Source: Atractiella rhizophila | Taxonomy: Eukaryota | Reading direction: 5' to 3' | NCBI GenBank assembly: GCA_021432655.1 | Contig: MU271689.1 | Coordinates: 1 to 32,095 of the forward strand | Length of the DNA stretch: 32,095 nt | Shown: positions 22,680 to 32,095 of the stretch, piece by piece | How the letters are laid out: each line of letters starts with the position of its first letter | Position numbering within the stretch: position 1 is the stretch's first letter | Notes under the pieces: generated by a model | Database searches by the model: none | The model's input: only the letters and a program-made list of their open reading frames with translations | What the model was told of the DNA's origin: nothing | Made by a program: the position numbers and the translations under genes

Positions 22680-23335
22680 TAAGAAACACGATGGAAGGCC
22701 CTCGGAACGCAGATTACAGGCAACATGTCACAATCCGCTGGACACGGGTCAGAACACGGGTGTTCAACAAAATGCTCCTTTATTCCGTCCAGCACCACCG
22801 GAATATGTCATTCATGCCATATTTTAGCTGCTAACTACTAAATGCCGGCAAGCCTATCATAGGATGACTCCAAGGAGAGTCGCACTGTTGGACATCTCCA
22901 CTGTCTCGCCGCCGAACCGTAACCTGACGGCAATTATTTTCCGGCGATTACGAGTAAAGAGGATGAACTTAGTTTTGTCTCTTTCAAAAAGTGCGCCATG
23001 CTCATCCCCCCATCCCTCTGCTTCGTCTAGGATCCTTTCTAGATCCCTGGTGGCTAGAGTCACTGACGATGATCTAGTTAAAAGGCGACGTCGTCAATGA
23101 ATCCTGCCGAGAAGGAGTTGCATTGGGAGGCTAAACGTAGGAGGGGAGAGTTGTAGACGAGGAAGAGGATGGGGGGAGCCCTGAACTAGACCGATGTTAC
23201 TTGGCAGCTGTTTCGAGTTAAACCCGTCAAAAGGGTAAGAGGTTGAACGGCCCTCCAGCCAAGCCGTTGCAGCCGGTTTCTCCAGGTTGAAGGCGGTGAG
23301 AATAGGGAAATGGTTAGACCAAGTGTGTAGAACGC
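22680..23335 (-). mobile_element. Non-LTR retrotransposon (LINE, Tad1-like) remnant
   Basis: SNHFPILT (endonuclease end), WLEGRST..FDG..GLVQGSP, GFIDDVAF (23081-23104), WGDEHGALFERDKTKFILF, ATLLGVIL and LTRVQRIV..SAFR. Confidence 0.85.
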
Positions 23336-23685
23336 ACATTTTCTTCAAACGCAACTCTAACAAAAGGATGGCCAGATCGTGTGCCTCCCCCTTTCGCCAC
23401 TTGCACGCTCGCGCATTTCTTTAGTTCTTTCAGCCTTTTCTGGAACTTTGGCATCTTTTTGTTTGTCACAGGGATACAGGGATATTGGCTATAAAAGCCC
23501 TTCCAAGCGCGAGACTCATACTCATTTGTTATCTCTTGCCCACTCATTTGTTATCTGGTTTTCGCAGCGCTCACATACTTGTCAAGAGACTCTGTCATCT
23601 CCGATAGAAACAGGCAAAAAATGCAATCTTGTCGGTTGAGTTAGATCTTAAGTGATAAGTTTAAGAGAGCGGCATGCAAGGCTGT

Positions 23686-23782
23686 GAGGTGCGAGACCAA
23701 ACCAATGAGAATGTAATTCCAACTATGTGAAGCTGACCTACGAGGTGCAAGACCAAACCAATGAGAATGTGGTCTCGCACTC
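23686..23782 (+). repeat. 29-bp direct repeat pair plus inverted segment
   Basis: GAGGTGCRAGACCAAACCAATGAGAATGT occurs at 23686-23714 and 23742-23770. GGTCTCGCAC (23771-23780) is the reverse complement of GTGCGAGACC. Confidence 0.85.
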
Positions 23783-23932
23783 GCAGGGCATTTCGCCTCT
23801 ATCAGAGAAAGGTGCCGAGTAACGTGAAGGTGTAATCGGAAGTGAAAAGAAAACTCTACACACCAAAGTAAGGATACTAGGAGACGTGAATGCTCTGGGC
23901 TAAGTCATTCTCCTTGATCCACTGTGGCTCGT

Positions 23933-24655
23933 TTACCCTCCACAAATCGTCACTCTCCAAGCCACAGGGTTATATCGCTTTTCTTCCCCCTCCGAGAACA
24001 AAAAGTCCCGTACGGTGACCGCCTTCATGTTCTCCTTCGAGTATACCTCATTCACATCTGCAGGCTTCACAAGGTTTGGTCTTCTAAGCTTCACTCTCTC
24101 CTCTTTCCGCAGAGGCATTGGTCCATGGATCGGTTTCGGCATCGAAGGAGGGGTGGGAGGCGGAGAGCGGTAGTCGAAATCTGCGTCTTCCGGGAACTTA
24201 TATTGGCAACCTCCATTGGGGAGGTGGACGATGTAAGGGATTGGCTTCTTCCCTCCAATTACAGACTTGTTGGAGAAACCATCAGGTGTGGGGGGTTCCG
24301 TGGGAGCGAGAAAACTGGTGGGAGAGTCTGGATGCGTAGATGCGTAGATGCAGAGGTGGACGGTTGGAGCGGAATCGAGTTCTGGTTCGGTCTGTGCCAG
24401 GGAGGAGGGGGAGACTTCTTTCTCATTCTCGACGAAGGAAGTGGCGCTGGTAGAAGGATCATGGTTTTGTGGAGTGTGACAGGGGGAGCGGTATACTGGT
24501 GGATCCATCAGAGGGATTACGGAGAGAGTCAAACTTGAGATCTGGGGGAAGCATTTAGAGAAGGTATGCTTGAGCGGAATTGGAGCAGGCGACACCGTTC
24601 TTGAAGAGGTGCTGGTGGTATGCTGAAAACTTGAAGGCACTGTGAGGCGAAGCAC
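23933..24655 (-). CDS. Pro/Ser-rich hypothetical protein exon(s)
   Basis: A 240-aa ORF ending at a GTAAAC donor. Probable further exons lie towards 23314. No recognised domain. Confidence 0.4.
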   Translation of the reverse strand: MLRLTVPSSFQHTTSTSSRTVSPAPIPLKHTFSKCFPQISSLTLSVIPLMDPPVYRSPCHTPQNHDPSTSATSFVENEKEVSPSSLAQTEPELDSAPTVHLCIYASTHPDSPTSFLAPTEPPTPDGFSNKSVIGGKKPIPYIVHLPNGGCQYKFPEDADFDYRSPPPTPPSMPKPIHGPMPLRKEERVKLRRPNLVKPADVNEVYSKENMKAVTVRDFLFSEGEEKRYNPVAWRVTICGG

Positions 24656-24789
24656 TCTTCAAGGACATCGTAGGTGAAGGAGCAAAGTGCGTACTGTCCT
24701 GTTCCTCCGTTTGGATGCCGTACATTATCTGGACATCCGTAGACTTAAATCACAGTACAACATTAGTTAGAACCTCGGTGATGGAGATG

Positions 24790-25322
24790 AAGAACTCACA
24801 GCTGCCACATCCGCTGCAGGACCCAAGCCATTCTGTTCCTGGCAAGACGGAAAAGAATTAGACAATGTCTCAGCAATATGTGAGCCTCACGTCAAGCATT
24901 TTTCTGATCTGGCTGCATTTCTGATCATTTGTGCCATTCACACAGTTGAGATTAGCCGTCGCAACACCAGGGTTAACGTTGCCTGCGATGAGATGAGATG
25001 TTTGAATGTGAGAACCATGAAGGATGCCGTGAGCAGGAATCAGGGAGCCGTTGCTTCCAGGGTTTCCGCTCCCTCCGCTCCCAATCAATCCATTAATGAA
25101 ACCGAATATCTCATCGGAAGGAGACTGCTGGAGCTCAGGGTTAGGATTGACCACTCCATGGGGAGGGAGGGAATCAATAGAATTCGTGAAGTTGAAGTGA
25201 TGAGGCGAGTCTTGGTGAGAGGGTGGGAAGGTATTGACTATGTCCGCTGGGTCGGCACTGTGTGGCGAAGTGGAGACCAAAGATAAACTTGGGGAATGCA
25301 ACATGCTAGGATTCCCTAACAT
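24790..25322 (-). CDS. Low-complexity hypothetical protein exons
   Basis: A 150-aa ORF followed by GTGAGG..CAG and GTGAGT..CTAAC..AAG intron-like sequences. Confidence 0.35.
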
Positions 25323-25383
25323 CGAGCTCCCCGAACAGTTGATAAGGAAGGAGAAAGAGGAGGCGTTCTCTTCTCATTCCTCT

Positions 25384-25620
25384 GCGCTGGATCAAATGAT
25401 TACTCGCCTGCATTGGATAGGATGGTCATTTTAGTGGCACCGCTGGATCAAAAAGTACGCTGGATCGCTAGATCAAACCGTCGGTTTCATGAATACGCTG
25501 GATCAAAAAGTGGCTACGCTGGATCAAACTGTCTATTTCACGGATACGCTGGATTAAAAGGCAGATACGCTGGATCAAACGGTCAGTTCCACAGATACAC
25601 TGGATCAAAAGGCAGATACG
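25384..25620 (+). repeat. Second ACGCTGGATCAAA array with ~51-bp higher-order (dimeric) period
   Basis: About 9 copies with alternating 21- and 30-bp spacing (25495, 25516, 25546, 25567, 25597). It shares ACGCTGGATCAAACGGTCA with the 7708 array. Confidence 0.9.
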
Positions 25621-25772
25621 TGTTCCTTGCCTCCCACAAACGCCATGCCAGTGAGACACCATTGACCATATCTTCCCAAGCATCCAATCCAAGCCCGATG
25701 TTCTCTAGGGATGGCTATCGGAGTCGAACCGTACCAAGGTAAAGGTCCGCCGGCTCGGATACCTGTCGTATG

Positions 25773-25905
25773 TAGGGACTGATATGAGCGTGTCATGACT
25801 AACTCATGATCAAATCACATGAAATTTTCCCAAATCTTGGAGCTCAATGTTCACATCACGTTCATTCATTCAAAGCAATCATGAAGAGGGTGAATGAGGC
25901 ATGAA
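25773..25905 (+). mobile_element. Orphan hAT terminus of the TAGGGACT/TCATGA family
   Basis: TAGGGACTGATATGAG matches the TIR of the 26136-26885 element and is followed by TCATGA/CATGA motifs. Confidence 0.6.
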
Positions 25906-25998
25906 AGCGGGAGGAACGTCGATAGCGGACCCGTTGTCGCACATGTGATTGTCAGCCAGAGTCCCAATACTTATTAGCTTCAGAACATTCCATTCCTA

Positions 25999-27184
25999 CA
26001 CGGCAAAGTGTGTTTGCAGGCCAGAAAATCCACCTGTGTTGGTCGTGAGATGTGAGTTCAGCTGGGCCCCACAAAACAAATGCGCCGACAGTCGAAACGG
26101 ACCTTTGGAATCGGACTCCAAAAGTGAGTCCCGGATAGGGACTCGCGTGAATGTGAATAATTCATGAACAGTCACCGTATCATTCACCAAAAAGTCATGA
26201 ATAAGGTGTTCATGAACTGGTGACTGTGACTGTGACATGAACTATGAGCGTCAGGCCTGAGAAATTCTTGAGTCATGACTAGTCATGAATAAGTCACCGG
26301 GCACAACTCATGTTGGCCGGGTTACAGAGGAACAGTCATATCGAAAAGATTACCAGCAGACAGTTGAGACGGAATATGATGAGAATGGGGAACGACAAGG
26401 AAGCCGTTGTCCTAATCTTGCGAAGCTAGCAATAGCTGTGCTCTCCTGCCCTGGTGTGCCATTTCCTTACTCCTTGCCTTCTAGTGACCCTTCCTTAGTG
26501 ACCAGTACCGGTGCGGAATGTGCTTTCAGTGCGGGAGGACTTTAGATCAGCGGCCTCCGGTATAATCTATCACAAGATTCATTCCGTGCTGCTATGGCTT
26601 TAGGCTTCTGGTATGATGCTGGATTGCTTTCTGGGATAGACAAAGAGCTTTTTGATTACTTTAAGACAAAGTAGACATATACACACATACAAACCAATCA
26701 GAACTACTCTTTCCCGCCCTGCTTCGTGACTGACTCATGAAGTGTCATGAATAATCACCTGAGAATCATGACTTGTCATGAATGTAATGTATGATCCGTG
26801 ACATGACCGATGAATTGAAATTTTGGTTGAAAAAGTGATGACTAGCCGTCATGAACTTATCATGAACTTGTCATACAAGTCCCTAGTCCTGGAGGACTTA
26901 AAAACAAATGCAGTTTGCCAGGAGTTGGTGATAAGGTCTCCAAGTGCTCAAAAAAACATGCTTGCAATGGTCCATCGAGCTAGGGAAGCCAGTGGCCTGC
27001 GGCAAGCAAGCGATTGGCACGCTTGAGTCCGCCGTGCTCACTCTCCTCCCACAGCTGCAATGGAGCGAGCTCTTCTAATTCGTTCGCACACGAAACTCCG
27101 ACAGTCATTAATGGAGACTATCACATTGCTCAATTAAGTTATATCATCCTACCACCATATCCTCCTCTGCTCCACCTTCTTGCA
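25999..27184 (-). mobile_element. Second copy of the CACTA-like element's terminal ~430 bp, interrupted by a hAT
   Basis: 25996-26135 plus 26894-27184 align with 88-518 at high identity. The flanks differ beyond CTA. Confidence 0.9.
26136..26885 (+). mobile_element. Non-autonomous hAT element (750 bp) with dimerisation-domain remnant
   Basis: TIRs are TAGGGACT...AGTCCCTA. The 8-bp TSD is GTCCCGGA (26128-26135) / GTCCTGGA (26886-26893), and the empty site is seen at 220-227. About 11 TCATGA subterminal palindromes are present. It encodes CPNLAKLAIAVLSCP|VTSTGAECAFSAGGL*ISGLRYNLSQDSFRAAMALGFW (26405-26674). Confidence 0.92.
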
Positions 27185-28490
27185 CCAGGACTGGTCATCT
27201 TAAGACGACAGGATCACTGAACCATAAGAAGACGAGGCAGCGACAGAAACCTTTTCCCAACCACAAAGAGGCGAATATACCGGCAAGACGGCGTGGTAGC
27301 CACAAACATGTATAAACTTGGACACTGAGAACACAGACATCTACCCCCTCTCACACGCGCTCCTTTGGCATACACAGAACTGCTACAACAATATTGTAGT
27401 TTCGCAAATTGATTCAAGAGCTGAAAACGCTCATCGAAAGTCACGAGGCAAAATGGCAATGTGCTAATCTGATGAATCGGGTTGATCTCGCTAAATTGCT
27501 TAGTCTCTTTCAGAAACATCAAGTCTGTGAAGTGATCATGGGAAGACATATGGAAGTGGATGGACTTGATGCTCCTGCTACAGATAGTTCCTCATCATTC
27601 ACAAAAGGTTCTTGTGCCGTCAAATGTCTCAACTTCAAGTTTATTTCGTCAAGATTAGACAGCCAAGGATTCAAACCTCTGACCGCCTATCTTTCTGGTT
27701 GGACAGATCAGTTGGAAACACTGACATTTGAAATTCTGGCCTCGTAACGTCCAACCGTTCAATTAGACTGTAGGCTTGGTCAGACCATAAAATGTTGACA
27801 GAATGACTTGGATCAAGATTCGTGCTCATAGGACTAGGATTTTGTAGTTACAAAGAGGTGATGAAAGAGGCAGTCCGAAGGAACCTGGAGAATGATGATT
27901 CACTGTAAGAAGGAGCATGTTCAATAAATGCTGTATGTGTAACATTTGAACAATGTACTGACCTGTCTGATCCAAAAAAAGTGACAGCTGTAAGTCTTCC
28001 TCATGCTTCAAACATTATAGAGCAACGATCCCACTCAATTCTTAAAAACAAACCAGATTACCCACACTAATAGCAATACACAAACCGTTCATTAATTTGA
28101 GTGTACCAGGGGAAAGAGAAACAGAGAACAAACAGGGCAGACGATTGACACTTTTGGGGAAGTTGATGAAGGCGGGACAATATTTGATTGTGGTGCCCAC
28201 TACCTGCCTTCTCATGCTTGACAAGCCTGACAGATTGAGAAGTGAAGCAAGCTTTGAGATACACTGGTACATGCTGTGAGGAAGAAGAACTTGTTTCGTG
28301 ATTACAATCTAACATACAGCTGATACTATTGCAATGAAATGCAGAAGTGAAGAAGAACGCTGCATTACAGTGTAGGAGTGCTGGAGTGGAAGGCAAGGCA
28401 GTGAGCAGGCTTGCCACAATAATACAAAGGTTATAACGCATATTCTCAACGAAGGCTCAAGGCACAGGCAGTGTGGGCATGAATCTTGAT
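27185..28490 (+). pseudogene. Heavily CpG-decayed gene (possibly F-box/LRR-like)
   Basis: ORF 27409-27747 (VKCLNF..LETLTFE). At 28201-28483 one frame carries repeated TGA stops in Arg-like positions (HA*QA*QIEK*SKL*DTLVHAVRKKNLF). Confidence 0.4.
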
Positions 28491-29489
28491 CTGTAATTCC
28501 ACATATACACCTCCCAGCAGTTGCTAACACTCCTTTCAAGCTTCAAACTGAATTAACTTTTCCTTCCAGATTCCAGTACCCTCATCCCTCGGAGGGACCA
28601 CATCAACTTTTTGTTTCTACTCTAACCAGTGATTCAGTACTCATCACACTTCTTTGTAAACTACATACTCTGTTTGCTTGTATTCTCCTCCTTGCTTTCT
28701 TTTGATTAAGAAATTGTGTGCAGGCACTCACAGCTACAAGGATGACAAAATGTGAGGCAACAGAGATTTAAACCAATGCCAAAAGCAAGTTAACTCTGTA
28801 CATAACACCAACTACACCATCTAGCAACCCTGATACCTTATAAACTTACTTTGTATAACTAAGGAAAGTCTTGCCCAAAGTGCCAAGAAGTTGACTCAGT
28901 CATGTCATAAAAACAATTTTTTTCGTCTCTCAAATATCCTTTGCTGCATACGGTTGGAAAGGCGCCGACACACATATTCTGGTGGGGTTGTTGTGGGTGG
29001 TGAGAGAAGTGCTCAAAAGTACATGCGTGAGTCATGCTAAAACACGTCGTGCTTTATATGTAAGGATCTTCGTCCGTTTTTACCAGTGTTGGCAAGCGGT
29101 TGTTGGTGTTTGCAATCTACACGAAGGAACTATGTCATTTTGCGTGCTACTTTGACTTCTCATCAGTTTCAGCGGTATTTGCTATTATCAGCTTGCCGTG
29201 ACGTCAAAGTATCAGTAGCACGATCACATGCCAGTATCTCCAACTTCAGCAGAAGGAGAGCACAGCACCTTTCAACGTCAAGCAGCCAATCGGCAAATAC
29301 AGCCATCAAGACACCACTTGTATCAACGTCAGCGGGCTACGCATCTCTAGCACTCTCAACACAAGGGGTTTCGGGGCTGCTGAAGCGATTGGGATTAGCG
29401 AAACGTACATTTGCACCAACTACAGCCAATAGTGGACAAAGAGGTGTCGAGTGGCCCAGAGCAGAAGATGCCTGGGCCCCTGCAAGCTG

Positions 29490-29625
29490 TCATCTGCTGT
29501 CGAAGCGAAGCTATAAATGGAGTCTTCGCCAAACCTGCTGTTAGGTCGTCTGCAGTGCCAACTTGTGTGTATGTTATGTCATTATTTCCTATATATTCCC
29601 GCTCCTTGCATATTCTGCCACGCAC
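29490..29625 (-). mobile_element. Possible Ty1/copia RNase H C-terminal remnant
   Basis: KEREYIGNNDITYTQVGTADDLTAGLAK loosely matches RExxxxgxIxxxyvxTxdxxADxLTK. Confidence 0.3.
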
Positions 29626-30799
29626 TTAACTACATTTATATGCTGAATACCTTCGTAAAGACTGACTTTTGGATACATGACGACAAAAGCAACTAGAGAG
29701 TCATTCAGCTGCCGACTTTCTTCATTTCTTGACGAAGGAAAGTATGCTTGATCGTTTTTTTAATGAAGGTTCCTCATTGATTACCTCAACACTACATGCT
29801 GCTGAATGAAAATGTTCAAACGGACGATTCTGGCATCTGATTAACTAATTTACAGAATTTAATGATCATCGAGCTCGCAGTTAAACCACATTCAAAAGCA
29901 AAACTGACTTCTACTTCAATGTACCTAGGAAGAAGACGACGCCAAACTCCAAATCGCAATTGCTGAATCCAATTCCCTCTCACCATGCGCTCCGCCCACC
30001 GGCTACACGAAGCGATAAACCACGAACATACGGCATAACACCGCAACCCAACTTCTACACAGAGCTTCTCGAAGCTCGTGCGCTCTTTGGACCAGGTAAC
30101 AAAAAGTCTAGACACCTATGAGCTACGCCGTATGGGCACCATGGAGGGCTACCACCTAGAGCGGCACCGTCAGATGTGGGTTTAATTGTGTGGATGTGGC
30201 GCGGCAAGGAGGAGGAGGTGTTTGAGATGGCGCTTAGATGACGTAGAGAGGAGGAGAGGGTGAGGAGGGTGAAATTGGCGAGGGTGAGGAGGGAGAAGGA
30301 CGTTAAGTAGCTGGAGGAGGAGGCGAGGATGGACAGGCTTCCCCATCCTGCTTTTACTAGGAAGCAGATACATCTCGTCCTGTGATACCATCACCTGAGA
30401 CTGGAATGCGTCCACTTCGCCCACCGTTGATATTAACCGGTTCAAGGCCTCCTTTCACATCTCCACCACCATTACAGTCTCACAAAGCCCCAGCGCTGGC
30501 ACCGCCTCCAATATCGACCACGCCTATCAATTCGCCTACAGACAAGAAGCAAGACATTCTCCAGTGTCCTACTTCCCCACCGTCTCTTCGAAGGAATCCG
30601 AGCATCAACAAAGACAAATGAGAAATCGTCAGGCGTCCTGGTTCCCCTTCTATTGTATGGCCTGCAAAACACGGCTCATATTCCTTCTTCTCCCAAAGCA
30701 ACCTCGCCGCAACTTGCGTCACCCGTCAAACCAAACTCTCCTCACCCACCGCCCTTCCTAGGCAGAGAGCAGTCATCCCAGTCTGTGGGCGATCAGGTT

Positions 30800-31258
30800 G
30801 CCCAAAGTACTCCTATGCCGACCTGTCCTCAAACTCCCTCATTTTGCCTTCCCATCTTGGCATGCTGGGGGCTAACTGCTCAAGTTTCTGTAATGACCGT
30901 CAGTGAGAACTGGATGATTGCTGACTATCGGGTCTTGCTAAAAGCTGCAGCGAACAATAGTTGCAGCACGTGAAGTCGCTGCAAACCTACCAGAAATCGC
31001 ATTTTCAAAGGGTGAGACTGGATCTTTACTGCCCTTGTCAAGTCAGGGCAGTGTTGGAGCTGTTTTGTCAAGCGAAGTTGCGGGGAACACTGAATACACT
31101 CCACATCGATGAAATTTACAACCTGAACGAGCATTACTTCTCGGCCTCTTGTTTCCATCTGCTTCCATTGTCACTCGTTTCTTCTTGCTATTTAAACTCA
31201 TTCGTAACTGTATAGACGCTGCTCGTGCCTCTGTTCCAATACTCGCTGCTAGTAAGGT
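30800..31258 (+). pseudogene. F-box/LRR-like fragment
   Basis: ILACWGLTAQVSVMTVSENWMIADYRVL, then frameshifted RVRLDL..TLNTLHIDEI. Confidence 0.35.
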
Positions 31259-32095
31259 ATAAAGGAGTAAAGTACATGTTCCAAACTCCGTCGCCCTCTA
31301 CTGACAGTGTTTTGGGAAAAAACCCAAACAGGAAAAAGCCAATGCAAGGTAGCCGCGGCATCACTAAGCGATAGGCTTGGGTCTTTGAAGCGGACAAGTT
31401 TCTCGTTCACAATTCGCCTGTCAGCCCCAACTACAGAGCACCGAGTTAAGGCTACTTCTTGTAGGCTATGAGTGAATAGACCAACGCGAGGGTTCTCCCA
31501 AGGAGCTAAGCAGAAGTTGCGTAGCTCAAGAACGTGCAAGGAGCTAAGCAGAAGTTGCGTAGCTCAAGAACGTGCAAGCGTGATAATTCTGTAGTGAGGT
31601 CGTAAAAGTTCTTGGAGAGATGCGAGGCATGTGGGTTTGAGCGCGCACAACCAGCATGTGTCGTTGAGCGAGCATAGGCAGCAGATGCCTTCGAGGCAGC
31701 AGAATGCTGGAGTGAAAGACGTAAGATCTCTAATGTCCCCTTGCAAGTTCGTAGAATGGGGTACAAGAAGTCGTCCAGCGATCCGTCCGGAATTAAGAGC
31801 TCCAAAAGTCGAAAATGAGGCAGCGGTTGGTTTTGGCGAATGTTATTGATCAACACTTTGATCATGAATAAATCTCTATCCTCCTCGCAGTCATCATATA
31901 ACATGCGTAAATCTTGAAGAGTGGTCGGCAGAACCATATCTGCAGTGGCGTGCATGTGAGTTTCAAATCTCCGGATGTAGGGCACTGCCACGAGATTACT
32001 GCGGGCTAATTCATAATGCTCGGTATCTTGTGAGGACCAAAGCTTGTCGTGAAGTCCACGGCGTCTGTAACCATCGAGAATATTGATGGTTTTCA
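31249..32095 (-). pseudogene. LRR-like (probably F-box family) gene frameshifted by a 38-bp duplication; 5' part outside the window
   Basis: LPTTLQDLRM, LPHFRLLELL, TLEILRLSL, LSRLHVLELRNF and SLQEVALTRC. ORFs 31506-31991 and 31249-31539 fuse when one repeat copy is removed. Confidence 0.65.
31499..31578 (+). repeat. Perfect 38-bp tandem duplication
   Basis: (CAAGGAGCTAAGCAGAAGTTGCGTAGCTCAAGAACGTG)x2 followed by CAAG. Confidence 0.97.

Noticed and set aside
7708..25620. ACGCTGGATCAAA arrays as CRISPR arrays
   Set aside because: The repeat is only 13 bp, the linkers are mostly 1-17 bp and partly repeated, there are no cas genes, and the context is eukaryotic.
25413..25742. ORF with YAGSK/YAGSN repeats
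   Set aside because: A by-product of the 51-bp DNA repeat; the sister array at 7708 keeps no frame.
1..32095. Starship or other tyrosine-recombinase giant element; rRNA or tRNA genes
   Set aside because: I recognised no tyrosine-recombinase captain motifs and no structural RNA signatures.

Overview
Eukaryotic, intron-containing fungal DNA. The gene families and short GT-AG introns suggest a basidiomycete, possibly Pucciniomycotina (inference). The window is a transposon-rich, CpG-decayed accessory region. The main feature is an apparently complete ~7.0 kb CACTA/EnSpm-like (CMC-type) DNA transposon at 91-7084, bounded by TA|CACGGCA...TGCCGTG|TA. It carries two divergent genes: a ~1235-codon transposase with an N-terminal Zn finger, a DDE core, a C-terminal HeH/LEM-like tail and one in-frame TGA, and a spliced companion gene of unknown function. 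A second copy of its left end (25999-27184) is split by a 750-bp hAT element with an 8-bp TSD. The window also holds remnants of Plavaka, Helitron, hAT, LINE and possibly Copia elements, two arrays of an ACGCTGGATCAAA motif, and decayed patatin-NB-ARC NLR, F-box/LRR and BTB genes. All family calls are by motif recognition; no database searches were run.
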